Shown here one piece after another: positions 50,401-59,829 of a stretch of 64,000 nt of DNA. The position numbers and the translations under genes were made by a program. Under the pieces are notes generated by a model. It had not been told where the DNA came from, ran no database searches, and saw only the letters and a program-made list of their open reading frames with translations. Positions within the stretch are counted from its first letter, which is position 1; each line of letters starts with the position of its first letter. The DNA comes from Octopus bimaculoides (taxonomy: Eukaryota). The stretch lies in assembly GCF_001194135.2 (NCBI RefSeq), contig NC_069000.1, positions 21,514,997 through 21,578,996 on the forward strand. The letters run 5' to 3'.

Positions 50401-53400
50401 CATACCTAGTCTATCTGTTAGCTCATTTATGCTCTATCATTCATGCATACTAACATTAAACATCCAGCAGAGCATGCTTGCTTCATTTCTCTTCAACATG
50501 CACATATCGTCTGTGTTTTAATGTCCACATCTCACTCCATCTAGCATCATATTTTGTCCACAAACAACATACAAGCTACACCTCTTTATTTGAAGAGAGA
50601 ATCCTCTTGTTGCCAACAGAATAGCTCTTTGAACTCTTTCCACCTTATCCTTACTCTGATAGGCTTTCAGTGCACCCTCCTCCATTACTCATTAAGTTGT
50701 TCAAAAGCTTTTATCTGCTTCTAATAGAGCCTTCCAAAGCATTAGCAAAAAAAATCTTCCAAGGAATCTAGTTCACTATTGCATAGACTAGTAACTATTC
50801 ATGCGAAGTCTTTATTCACCATTGATCTGCTTATGATCCCAGTACTCCTCTTGTGAACTCATAGTACACATCCTACACACTGTACTGAGTTTCTGTCAGC
50901 TCCTTATCTGCACATTATCACCCCTCCCCCCTTATGGCAGTAAGAGTCGTGTCTTCTGCTGACTAAAACTTTCGTCTTCGCCAAGTTTACTCTAAGGTTT
51001 TGTTTCTGTGTCTGGAGTTTCTTGTCTAAGTCATTCACAGACTCTACTTCAAGGACTTGGTTATCAGCTTTTAGGAATTCACCAACCTATAAAAGAGGAG
51101 CTTAAGACTAACTATTTAAGACAGTGTCAAGAACTTAAATAGTTTGGTGATCAGCTAGCTGCATGCTAAATTCCTCACTGTCAATTTTGACTTTGCTGAT
51201 TGCATTCCTGTACATGTTTTGCACTGCTTTCACAAGCACTTAATTTTCTTAAAGATAACAGATTGTGGTATCATGTTAAAAACTTTCTCCAAATCAGCAA
51301 ATGCTTGGATCAGGTGGTTATTCTTAGCTAAAAGGTTTTCTCATGCCATTGTCTTACTGAAAAAAGGGCATTACAGTTTCACACAAATCCAAACTGTATT
51401 TTAAGTTGATTCTCTTCCTAATTAATTGTGTTAATATTCTTTCCATTACTTCCACAACCTTGTTCATCAGTTTGATGCTTCTCCTTGACAATTATACTGT
51501 TATGACGGTTAGTCATTGGGTATGGTTGGTTATATGAGTGACTAGCTGGAGCCCTACTTTGCCAGATATTTCAGCATTTCAGCAACATTACCTGATGAAT
51601 CTGCTGATTTTTCCATCTTCATATTTTGAATGACCATTTTGACCATATAACTGGTCATTTCAATAGCTGGTTGCCTTGGTGTTGTTCCTCTTCTTTGCAT
51701 ACATTTTCCACATTCAGCAACCTTTCATAATAATATTTTCAAGCCTCTTCCTCCACATCATTAGTGAGGATAAGTATGCCACTGTCATTTTCAATGTACT
51801 TTTCACCTACTATGTCTTTATTTACACCAATATACTTTGCTTCTCTTTGAGCTATGTACATTTATTGCCTGGCTTCTCAGTTACCTCATGATATAATTCT
51901 TTGCTGCACCTTTCTGTTCTGTTCTTTCTGTTCCTGTCTTTTAGCTTTTATTGCTCTGTCAACAGTGCTATTTAAGTACCATGTTACCCTATAATTGGTT
52001 AGTATCTTGCTTCACAACAAAACTGGTCTGTAGATTTTTGCAGGTTTCATCTTAGAACCTCCCACTTATCCTCTGTCATAGGTTTCTTTCTCCACCAATT
52101 TTACATTATAAATGATGCTTAAAAAACCAACATGTATTTAACAGAAAGATGTTTCAGTTTCCACACCTTCTTTCTTCAGAATATCTTTTGTCTCTCAGTG
52201 TGACTCGCTTTTATTCTGAAGTTACTCATCAGTAACCTATTGTTGGATGGTACATTTTTCACTGGAGATGAAATCTATAACCATCTGCTTATCTGGCTTG
52301 CATGTTCACCTGATTGGAAGGCAATCAAGTAGCTGGTTGGTTTCTTGAAATTTATGTTGCACATAATTCATTTGTGTCACTGAACTCCAGAAGCTTTGAT
52401 CTCTCTGCACTTTGACACTGTAACCCTAACCACCATGTACATTATGATTTTACTCAATATATGCCCATTGAAAGGCAGCAAGCTGGCAGAAACGTTAGCA
52501 TGCCAGGTGAAATACTTAGCAGTATTTCGTCTGTCTTTACGTTCTAGGTTCAAATTCCGCCGAGGTCAACTTTGCCTTTCATCCTTTTGGGCTCAATAAA
52601 TTAAATACCAGTTGTGTACTGGGGTTGATCTAATCAACTGCTCTCCTGCCAACATTTTGGGCCTTGTGACTACAGTAGAAAAGAATATATGTCCATTGAA
52701 GTCACTAGCCAAGAAAATAATGTTGCTTTATTATTGAGGTTGTTTGAAACATTGTCTCATAAAAACAGTCTTTTTTTTATCAGACCAGTATCAATTGTGG
52801 TGCATGTACTACAAGTTGTCTAAGCTTAATTATTCTGTTTCATATTCTCAATACTTCAATAATGTTATCTGTTCATTTCTCTGCCAGCAGTAAGTGTACA
52901 CCACTTAACCAAAATTATTATCCAGCTGGAAGAATTTGTACCAGTGTTCTTTGTTTGTGAAGAATCTGGCTGAGGTTCTTTTGATTTTATCTCTTGAGTG
53001 CAACACACACCTACTCTCAACAGATCTACCTTTTAATATGCTTATCATTGATAGTTGCAACCCTGAGTTTCTCGTGTTGGGTGGGTTTGTCATTAAGGTC
53101 TATTTTCCATGCCTTAAAGGAAGTGTGCAATCAATTAATGATGTTGAGACACTGTCAGACATGGTAAAAGTTTCATCTTACTACTATGCACAACACCAGC
53201 ACGGTACGTGCTTGTCTTATGTACTGAGATACATGAGAGTAATAACAAATGGAACCTTAAGTACTCAATACTGTAAAGTATTTAATTTGGTCAAGTGAAA
53301 TTGATATTGTCAACTGCCAACAGTTTCCTTGTGTGAACGGAATGACTTGCATTTCTTCAGAGAGCCATGTTGAAATATGGCAGCCTGAAGAATTGAAAGT

Positions 53401-56400
53401 CTTCCACACAGGGAAACTGTTGGTACTTGCCAATGTTGATTTTAGCTGACTAAATTCAACAAATTTCTGCTCTAATTAACCATGCAACTTTTGTTATGCA
53501 ACATCAACTTGGTTATCTTGTGTCCTCTTGCATCTATAATCATTCTACAATAAAGAGTCAAAGACATGTTTTTTTTTCTTTTTTGTGGCTGATACCCTAA
53601 TTAAAAAGGTTTATTTTGTCATTTCAATCTTGTAACCAATTGCTGAAGCTGATATTGTCGATTGCCAATTTAAATTATTTTTGAGATATTTAAGAGAATC
53701 TTATGATATTGAAATCTGTTTCCTCTTGTGTGTTAACAAAACTTTGTTGTTTTTCTTTGTATACAGATTGTGAAAGCTAATTGGATGCAGGGTAGAGATC
53801 ATGAAGGCCTGTGTGTAACCGCTCCCACATACCTCACTGATGCCATATCTCCAGCTTTTATCATAGATGGTAATATCTCTTTCATAAATCATTGATCTCT
53901 CTATGTATGGGGTTAATTGTTATCATGTTACTGTTGCTGTCTTACTCTATTTTTCATTCTCTAACTGTCAATATTTATCTCTCTTATACATTCACTCAGT
54001 CACATACACATTCATCACCCACATATTCTTGCTCTTCTTTCCTCTTTGTTTCTCTTGCTTCCTCCTTTTCATTCTCCTCTGTATCTCTCTTTTTCTTTCT
54101 TCCCTTCTCTTCTGTCTTTGTGACCATTGGTTAGAATGCTTGTGGTATTTTTCAGGTTTCTTTGCTCTGGTGTCAAATTACTCAGTTCTTTCTGGGTTGA
54201 TAAATAAAACATCACTTCAATATAGCTAATTGGCAAAAATGTTAAACTGTTGGACAAGATGCCTTGCTTTAGCTGTTCTGGCTGTTTGCATTTCTGAGTT
54301 CAAATTCCACCTCCTATCACCAGTCTCCTTGTAGCAGGAAACAGGTCATTAGAACCTGAGTAATTGTGATAGGACGTCAATGTGGATGAAACAACAGCTC
54401 AGTTGCATTGATATGAAAACAAGCAAACCCGTCAGTTGAACAGGAAAAAAAATTGTACAGGATTTGTGATGATGGCAGCAGTGGCAGTAGTGCAGTTGCT
54501 ACTGTTTCTGATTTAAGCACTAGGCCTGCTATTTTGATGGGAGGAGGGGTAGTTAATATCCTTGTTGCCAGTTCATGAGACTGGTTTATTTTATTGACTC
54601 CAGTAGGATGAAAGGCAAAATTGTTTGTAGCAGAATTTGCACTCAAAATATAAAGAACCTGAAAAAATATTGTAAAGCATTTTTTCTGATGCCATAAGAC
54701 CGGTAATTTTGATGGGAGGGAATTAGTTGCTATCATTGACCCCCCCCAGCACTTGATTGGTACATTATTTTATCAACTTCAAAAGATGAAAGGCAAAATC
54801 GACTTCTTTGAAATTTGAACTAAGAATGTAAAGAGTTGGAACAAACACCAGAAAACATTTTTTTGCAATACTAACAGTTCTACCAGTCCACCTACTTGTA
54901 ATCATCATCATCATCACCATTATCGTATGCTGGCATGAGTTGGATGGTTTGACAGGGCTGGTAAGCTAGAGGGATGCACCAGGCCCCAGTTGTCTGTTTT
55001 GGTATGGTATCTACAGCTGGATGCCCTTCCTAACACTAACCACTTTACAGTGTATTGGGTGCTTTTTACATGGCACTGGCATTGGTGCTCTTTTATGTGG
55101 TGCTGGCACAGGAGCTCTGCAAGTGGTGTCAGCACAAGTGCTTGATTTTACTTACTTTGACGTGTCTTCTCAAGCACAGCAAACTGCCAGGAGTCTCAGT
55201 CCTTTGTCATCTCCAAATATTTTAAAATTAGGTACAAGGTCATAAAAAGGCAAGGATGACCTCTGCAGGATTTGAACTCAGAACAAAAAGAGCAGGAACA
55301 AATATACAAAGGCATTTTGTCTGATACTCTAATGATTCTGCTAATCCACTATCCTTTTTTAATTTCTAAGTTAGGCACAAAGTCAGCAAGGAAAGTAGAG
55401 GAACTAGTTAATTCCATCAGCCCCTAGTACATGATGGGTAATATATTTTATTGACTCTGAAAAGATGAATGACATTGTTAACCTTGGTGGAATTTGAACT
55501 CAAAATGTAAGAGCTGGAAAAAATACCTCATGACTTTTTTGTCTGATGCTCTGACAATTTTGCTAATCCATTATCATCCTCACTTGAAAATTTAAGTACT
55601 GGGGTTGATTTGTGTGATTAAAGTTCTTCCAGGTGGTACACCAACATGGCTGCAGTCTAATGACTGAAACAAGTAAAAGATTGAATTAAAAAAAGAAGTC
55701 AGATGAAATGCCACTAAGCATTTTGCCTAGTGTGCGATTCTGCCAGTAATGTTGGTAATGATAACAGTCATTTTTTGGTACAAGATCATAAATTTGTTAG
55801 CATTGACCTGGGATCTAACTAAATACTGACTCTGCCATTCACCACCCACTTTTCTAAATATTACTTCTAATACTAATAATGGTAAATCCTCCTCCTAATA
55901 TGACTGTTACTACTACTACTACTAATGATTATCCTTTCTACTACAGGTGGCACAAGGCTTGACATTTTTTGAGGGCGGGGCTTAGTCAATTAATCACCTC
56001 CAGTGTACAACTGGTATTTATTTTATCATCTCTGAAAAGATCTTGTTGAAGAGCTTGTCTGGGATGGAGAGGAGGGTGATGCCCCTGTGGTTGCTGCAGA
56101 TGAGTTTGTCAGCTTCTTCATTTACCTGGGCTCCACAGTCACCAACAATGGAGACCTGCCCCTGGAGATCGCCTGCGGATGTGGTCTGTCCACTGGGGTT
56201 ATCTACTCTTATGGAAGCCCCTCTGGCACCACTGCTCTGTCTTCCTGAAGACAGAGCTCTGCATCTATGATGCATTGATCCTCTCCATTCTCCTCTATGG
56301 AGCAGAAACATGACTCCTCTCGAAGACCCTGGCAAAGAGAATTGATGACTTTGATGGAGCTTTGAGAACCATCGAGAACAGCAGATGGTGCCATCACATT

Positions 56401-57051
56401 TCCAACAAAGAATACATCAGCTAACAGCCTCCCATTTCATAGCTATCTGTTGCATGCGTTAGTATGGACATGACCTCTGACTCCTGCTATTCATCCTACC
56501 AGAGCTTTACTCTCATTTGATTCAGTTGTTGTGTGCTGAAAGAGGCCACATAGAAGGCCCTGCACCAGATGGCTGGACATAATTGGGGAAGATCTCCAGA
56601 GACTTGATGTCACATTGGAGGACATAGAGGGACTGGCATGGGGCCACCAGCAGTAGAGAGCACCGGTAGACCTGGTTGGCTCTATGCATGATGATGCCTC
56701 TGGGACCCCTAACTTGGAATGACCCCAGCCCCATCAAACAAGAGCATAACCTACCTGAAAAGATGAATGACAATGTTGACCTTGGTAGAAGAAAAACTGG
56801 AAGAAATGTCACTAAGTATTTTGTCGGGCATGCTAACAACTCTACCAGCTCACTGCTTTATTGCTAATAATAATAATGCCTTAACGATTGTTTTGTATGT
56901 CATTCTTACTCACATACTCCTTTTATTTGTCTTTTTTTTCTCCAAAGACTATGATTGGTTGTCTGGTAAATATCCTACTTGGACTGAGAGTATTTGGGAC
57001 AATGATGCAATGTCTGTACGTGTTTTTCTGGTTCCCAGCAATAAACTACAG
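8588..57051 (+). CDS. NCSTN: Nicastrin (gamma-secretase subunit), multi-exon CDS; 3' transmembrane exon not found in window
   Basis: 14 exons splice in frame with GT-AG junctions to 677 codons containing RRLNATHQIGC, CPNDGYG, WNPPGNG, YPLCAAEL..TCMRRS, GEAFDYIGSSRMVYDM, LPPSSAQRFL, YYNSMFD, ISPAF and YPTWTESIW. Confidence 0.95.
9548..10075. mobile_element. Fold-back/MITE-like element with ~100 bp imperfect terminal inverted repeats
   Basis: 9548-9645 is the reverse complement of about 9968-10075 (GTGTGTAGAA(T/C)ACAAATTCGCAA..AATTTTCTGAAAAT); a solo arm occurs near 25465-25580. Confidence 0.7.
10100..11560 (-). mobile_element. Decayed Penelope-like retroelement remnant, interrupted by a hAT MITE
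   Basis: Minus-strand IYSNIP and downstream FFEFCY resemble the Penelope RT motif LYTNIP...F.F; many stops. Boundaries are approximate. Confidence 0.4.
10851..11125. mobile_element. hAT-type MITE
   Basis: TIRs CAGGAGTTTTCAAACT / AGTTTGAAAACCCCTG; 8-bp TSD CTATAAAG / CTATAAAA. Confidence 0.85.
11600..12970 (-). mobile_element. tRNA-derived SINE (family B, central (TA/TG)n) split by a younger insertion at 11827-12799
   Basis: The 3' half (11600-11826) and 5' half (12813-12970) match the intact copy at 20762-21180. Confidence 0.85.
11827..12799 (-). mobile_element. Young RTE-LINE 3'-end insertion carrying a 62-bp VNTR; (GAC)n tail; 13-bp TSD
   Basis: TSD ACATATATATATA at 11814-11826 and 12800-12812; repeat units start at 12070, 12132, 12662, 12724 and 12786; the terminal ~175 nt differ at 4 positions from 47153-47328. 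Confidence 0.88.
13415..13626. mobile_element. piggyBac-type MITE (truncated, reverse orientation to 39295-39514)
   Basis: Begins TTAA|CCCTTT; body is the reverse complement of the copies at 39295 and 48387. Confidence 0.7.
14262..14770 (-). mobile_element. RTE-LINE 3' fragment (ORF end, 3' UTR and (GAT)n tail)
   Basis: HIKVEGSCKRERPRKTWDEV translation followed by the family 3' end. Confidence 0.8.
16270..16690 (-). mobile_element. Decayed RTE-LINE reverse transcriptase fragment
   Basis: Minus strand reads SNYRGMNLLDQVVKIRERVIA and TTDTIFLV, RT N-terminal motifs, with stops. Confidence 0.7.
17547..19455 (+). mobile_element. 5'-truncated Tx1/L1-clade LINE (ORF2 C-terminal part plus 3' UTR), interrupted at ~18197-18565
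   Basis: KTNADKSVGL.LGTWRG...WTDGPVKLLRVWFGP...LSLKGWAVMVNAY, then LPVQDKLYRH...ACPRCSQSDETVLHALIQC (zf-RVT CCHC); AATAAA at 19443. Confidence 0.8.
18197..18565 (+). mobile_element. RTE-LINE 3'-UTR element with four diverged 66-bp tandem units and (GAT)n tail
   Basis: Units at about 18205, 18271, 18337 and 18403; ends ACCCATGCCAGCATGGAAGACAGACGTGAAACGATGATGATG. Confidence 0.8.
19492..19590 (+). CDS. NCSTN: Nicastrin exon 2 (AAIRTKDKIYVNIKGQKACFRRLNATHQIGCS)
   Basis: TTTTTCAG acceptor, GTAAGT donor, phase 1/1. Confidence 0.95.
20272..20510 (+). mobile_element. tRNA-derived SINE family A, well preserved
   Basis: GGCGGTGAGCTGGCAGAA A-box region, GAGTTCAAATTCC B-box, CTTTGCCTTTCATCCTTTCGG core. 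Confidence 0.85.
20762..21180 (+). mobile_element. tRNA-derived SINE family B, well preserved
   Basis: GGCTGTGTGGTAAG head, GGGTTCAGTCCC B-box, central (TA)n, ends ACAAATAAAAGAATAAAAG. Further copies near 19690, 33692, 34830, 40310, 43290, 47345, 49050 and 61140. Confidence 0.85.
21763..21886 (+). CDS. NCSTN: Nicastrin exon 3 (EMNGNVGVVHYVKEKSDSQWILKDGPHAPYVMLIEAANFN)
   Basis: TTTCAG / GTGAGT, phase 1/2. Confidence 0.95.
23053..23730 (+). repeat. Head-to-tail chain of three family-A SINEs separated by (ATT)n
   Basis: Heads at about 23053, 23285 and 23513, each preceded by an (ATT)n tract; a partial fourth copy follows near 23780. Confidence 0.8.
24377..24504 (+). CDS. NCSTN: Nicastrin exon 4 (QNITELIDSGRVNGILVIDANGASQLPPEGFSADKSCPNDGY)
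   Basis: CTGCAG / GTAAGA, phase 2/1. Confidence 0.95.
25846..25988 (+). CDS. NCSTN: Nicastrin exon 5 (LYWNNTMYKNCRSVQWNPPGNGMMFQDFSIPIFLLDSPKEVEYIIEK)
   Basis: TTTGTAG / GTAAGT, phase 1/0. Confidence 0.95.
26638..26895 (+). CDS. NCSTN: Nicastrin exon 6 (CYEKYND...YPLCAAELKDYMNAAKDSMTCMRRS...YCDPL...VIIAGSR)
   Basis: TTCAG / GTAGCT, phase 0/0, 86 codons. Confidence 0.92.
28414..28575 (+). CDS. NCSTN: Nicastrin exon 7 (MDYMNMFENVNNSADNPITSIVALLSAAEAIG...ILFALFQG)
   Basis: CTCTCTAG / GTAAGT, phase 0/0. Confidence 0.95.
30171..30407 (+). CDS. NCSTN: Nicastrin exon 8 (EAFDYIGSSRMVYDMEVGSFP...VWLHTDPISYNSNISTE)
   Basis: Contains the DYIGS signature; ATTAG / GTAAAA, phase 0/0. Confidence 0.97.
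30524..30791. mobile_element. hAT-type MITE
   Basis: TIRs CAGAGGCTCCCAAA / TTTGGGAACCACTG; flanks TTTTAGGG / TTTTAGAA resemble an 8-bp TSD. Confidence 0.75.
30841..31222 (-). mobile_element. Young tRNA-derived SINE (family D)
   Basis: Reverse complement of 37886-38274, about 93% identical by eye. Confidence 0.88.
32157..32326 (+). CDS. NCSTN: Nicastrin exon 9 (IDGLVKRIKK...RPLPPSSAQRFLRETALPTVMLTNHEKEYTN)
   Basis: TTTCAG / GTAAGT, phase 0/2; LPPSS motif. Confidence 0.96.
32590..32985 (+). mobile_element. RTE-LINE 3' fragment with (GAT)n tail
   Basis: RERPRKTGNEVLKTDLKMLNL translation followed by the family 3' end. Confidence 0.8.
33319..33441. repeat. Compound (AAT)n/(AAC)n microsatellite between two SINE copies
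   Basis: Read directly from the sequence. Confidence 0.95.
34230..34830 (-). mobile_element. RTE-BovB-like LINE fragment interrupted by a SINE
   Basis: QYYAEKHDWKRFYDTLKAIYCPPSSRTLPFLSADRSILL matches the BovB-type endonuclease-RT linker. Confidence 0.7.
35807..35996 (+). CDS. NCSTN: Nicastrin exon 10 (YYNSMFDLGELIGVDYIPGG...VLAQTLFELGTGQNGSHIKANSSI)
   Basis: TTTTAG / GTAAGT, phase 2/0. Confidence 0.95.
36217..36434 (+). mobile_element. Mariner-derived MITE (internal deletion derivative)
   Basis: TIR-like GAGGGTGCTGAAAAGTT / TCAGCACCTCCTCG|TA; retains GLEKLKD...SLRGEYIE* from the transposase C-terminus. Confidence 0.7.
37554..37641 (+). CDS. NCSTN: Nicastrin exon 11 (VAELLYCYIWNSSCSIFHSVITSDHVKSF)
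   Basis: TGACAG / GTAAGT, phase 0/1. Confidence 0.92.
37886..38274 (+). mobile_element. Young tRNA-derived SINE (family D)
   Basis: TGGCCCAGTGG A-box, GGTTTCGATTCC B-box, CpG-rich, short (AAC) tail. Confidence 0.88.
39295..39514. mobile_element. piggyBac-type MITE, 220 bp
   Basis: TTAA|CCTATTAGCATT ... AATGCTAAAGGG|TTAA. Confidence 0.85.
42325..42619. mobile_element. hAT-type MITE
   Basis: CAATGGCTCTCAA / TTGAGAACCACTG ends; an RTE-tail element is inserted at its right flank. Confidence 0.7.
44065..44210 (+). CDS. NCSTN: Nicastrin exon 12 (KFPEMNLYTGVKGNTSPLTLITEKILAYFLGDKLNITDRKLCTKQSNG)
   Basis: GAACAG / GTAAGT, phase 1/0. Confidence 0.93.
44495..44875. mobile_element. MITE with ~70-bp imperfect TIRs
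   Basis: GTTATTTCCTATTTGCT...CCTTCAAACTTTGCTTTTGT and its reverse complement at about 44803-44875. Confidence 0.7.
46052..47346 (+). mobile_element. Young 5'-truncated RTE-clade LINE with a PHD finger inside the RT C-terminal region; gap 46399-47102; (GAT)n tail
   Basis: Stop-free frame ILISRK...PCSVCRKGVGSNSIRCTRCKLWTHKRCSNIKGRLTSKLVFVCGRC...LEVVDSFRYLGD...AARIRIAW; 3' end nearly identical to the insertion at 11827. Confidence 0.88.
48387..48606. mobile_element. piggyBac-type MITE, 220 bp
   Basis: TTAA|TCCTTTAGCATT ... AATGCTAGAGGG|TTAA; same family as 39295. Confidence 0.85.
49455..49800 (-). mobile_element. Mariner transposase 3' remnant
   Basis: Minus strand SDLVLSD.NLFP (YSPDLAPSD-like) and GIQALQH..RCVDHKGDYVEK*. 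Confidence 0.7.
50400..52350 (-). mobile_element. Old degenerate copy of the PHD-bearing RTE LINE
   Basis: LRVNLAKTKVLVSRR...MCR*GADRNSVQCVGCVL*VHKR; downstream sequence aligns to 46340-46398. Confidence 0.75.
53767..53869 (+). CDS. NCSTN: Nicastrin exon 13 (IVKANWMQGRDHEGLCVTAPTYLTDAISPAFIID)
   Basis: ATACAG / GTAATA, phase 0/1; SPAF motif. Absent from the ORF track. Confidence 0.93.
56040..56690 (+). mobile_element. Decayed RTE-type LINE 3' fragment
   Basis: FIYLGSTVTNNGD and ILSILLYGAET motifs with frameshifts. Confidence 0.7.
56948..57051 (+). CDS. NCSTN: Nicastrin exon 14 (YDWLSGKYPTWTESIWDNDAMSVRVFLVPSNKLQ)
   Basis: TCCAAAG / GTATAG, phase 1/0; TWTES juxtamembrane motif. Confidence 0.95.
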
Positions 57052-57319
57052 GTATAGTTTCACCAGTCTTTGATCTCTTCAAAAATTTCTTCACATGTAT
57101 TGATTTTTTTTCACTGTTCGCTTCATCTTTGTTTAAATTTACAATATTAGATTATTATTGCTGTTTTAATTTTACAGGAGTGCTGAATATGTTGTGGATA
57201 GAGAGATCATTGTGCCAACTCACATACTGTTGTTAATAATAATAATAATATTATTAATAATTTTATGTTTATGCCTTTGTTTTTCAAGATTCCTGATGTG
57301 AAATTGTGTGTTGAAACAG

Positions 57320-57618
57320 ATATTGTTATATTTTGGGATGATGGTCATTTTTTTTTTTTGCCAAATAAACACACGCACGATATATTCATTCTTCACTTCA
57401 GATTTATTTTTTTATTGTTCTTTTATGTCCTTTGAGAACAGGAGACACGTGGGATGGAAAGTCGCTGAAGAGGTTACAGAATGTGTGACAAAAGATTTCC
57501 AGAGAAAGGACATAAAATAAGAACAATAATAAAATAAATCTGAAGTGAAGAAGAATATATAGTATGTATTGGCAAAAAAAAAAAAGAAAAAAAATTACCA
57601 TCCCAAATATAACAATAT
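57320..57618. repeat. Long imperfect inverted repeat (~114-bp arms, 71-bp spacer)
   Basis: 57320-57433 is the reverse complement of 57505-57618 (TATTGTTATATTT..GGGATG..; CTTCACTTCAGATTTATTTT; TTTATGTCCTTT). Confidence 0.85.
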
Positions 57619-58798
57619 TAGTATTAACAATTTTATATAAGCATGCGTGGCCTAGTGGTTTGGGTGTTGCACTCATGATTGCTAGATTGTGGGTTTGATT
57701 CCTGGACTGAGTGGCGCATTGTTCTTGAGCAAAACCTTTCATTTCATGTTGCCCTGCAATCATTTCAACATCTGACTTGTGGTACACTTGTACACCTGTA
57801 CGTGCGATATCGATTTGATGGGGAGAGTGAGCGAATGTACAGCACATACATTTGATCACTATAAACAAATCATTTGTGCAGGTCGTTCAGTCAAGCTAAA
57901 CCCTCATACATCATCTTTGATGGGAGAGTTCGTCATATAGGCAGAGGTACATTTTGAATGAGGTATTATCAATAGAAATGTGTTTAGTGTTCTACTCTAT
58001 TTCTGGAATTACCTAAACTTTTTACAATGAAGATGATAGCCATACTTGTTAATAGTCACTTAATGAGCTACAGGTCTAAATTTTCCAAGAACAGAATATA
58101 ACTGATTGAAATGGCTTTATTAACAACAGTTTTTTACCCTAAAAGTTAACTCTAGTAAGGTTTGAACTCCAAGTATGAAAGATCATAACTCAATACTGCA
58201 AGGCATTTAGTCTGGCACTTTTGTACTGATTCTGGCACTCGTCATCCTTATTAATAATGTAAAATAACACTATCATTTGCATGTATAATATATGCGTGTA
58301 TGTGTTGTGGTTGTTTTTAGTCCCATATCGTGAAGCAGAGCGGGTTTAGTTAATATTGTAACAACTAGTTTGATTGTTGGTTTCAAACCTGCACTGTAAT
58401 ATCTAGAGAGGCCATGTCTAGTGATGCACAACTAATGTCCCCCACCTCCCGTAGGTAAAAAAACAATTAAGTGCATTGTGGATATATATATACGTATAAT
58501 CATCATTTAAGGTCTGCTTTCCATGCTGGCATGTGTTGGACAGTTTGACCAGAACTAGCAAGCAGAGGAGCTGCACCAAGTTCTCATCTGATTTGACTTG
58601 GATGCCCTTCCCAATGCCAACCACTTAACAGTGTGAGCTGGGTGCTTTTAACACGACATCATCACAGGTCTCTTGCAGGCTAATCCTCTTCACCAGGGGA
58701 AGTGGCCTTAACGCTTCTTCTGTGGAAGATGGATCTTCTTTGGTACAGTAAGGTGCCAGGTATCTCAGTCCTTTATCATCTTGTCCAAGAGGTTCATC

Positions 58799-58845
<47 letters not shown>

Positions 58846-59829
58846 GTACACCTTTATATGTGTATGTATGATAATTTTACATTGTTTTTCCATTTTGGCA
58901 TGTGTTCAATGGGTCACATGGTTCAATTCAATTCATGTTCATTTTGGCATAGTTTCTATGGTTAGATGCTCTTCCTCTCATCAACCACTTTATAGAGTGT
59001 GCTGAGTACATTTTATCATGGTATTAGGACTAGAGAGATTGTCATGTACTTACCTAGACTAAAAAGTCCTCCCTTCCTTTTCCATTCATTTAGTCCCCTC
59101 TTCCCTGCATTGTCTTCATTAGTTTGTTCCTTTCTTTCCTCAAAACTGGATGGAAATAAGAGGTAGTGGTTGAAAAGGGTAAGGGCAGAAGGAGTGAGGA
59201 ACGAATGTGTGATAAAAGAGATAGTAAAAGATAAGAAATAGAGCAGGAGTGTAGTAGAAGAGTAATTAATGGAAGAGAGATGATATTGTAGACAGCTACA
59301 TGAAGGTTGTTGATGAGATTGAATAGAAACCACTTGATAGCAAGTTTGATAGAAGGAAGTGGAATAAATTAGAACCAGAGTGATAGATGAGCATGACAAA
59401 TCGTTGTCATCATAGTGTTTATGTCAGCTTTTTCATTGATGAGACAGTAATTTATTTATGTCAAGATGCCCTTCCTGACATTAGCCTTTTTATTCACTTC
59501 TTATAGTATGCAGGGGTATGGTGTACTTGTTTTAAAACCTGGGATACACAGGGAACTGAATGGAAGAGAAAGGGAGTGTAGTAGGAAAGAATGGGAATGA
59601 TGGATGGCAGCAATCAAGAGGGTTCATAATAGGAGAGAGAGTATAGAATATTGGAGAAAGAGAGAGAGAAAGATGACTAGCAACAGAGATATGTGATAGG
59701 TATAAGAGGCATTGAGTGTGGGCCAGTCCAATGTTTTGCCTTCTCTTGTTACACAGGCCACATGATGAGAAAGAGATAGCAAACAGATAAGAGAGACTGA
59801 AATATAGATATTAAAGATTAACATTTTCT

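Noticed and set aside
52936-53298. 120-aa plus-strand ORF in intron 12
   Set aside because: No recognisable domain or matching splice signals, and it is not needed for the nicastrin frame.
57320-57520. ILLYFGMMVIFFFCQINTR... as the nicastrin transmembrane exon
   Set aside because: Poor pyrimidine tract; hydrophobicity comes from a poly-T run in an inverted-repeat arm; the hydrophobic span is too short.
58211-58267. SGTFVLILALVILINNVK* as the transmembrane exon
   Set aside because: It lies within a recognisable degenerate family-A SINE.
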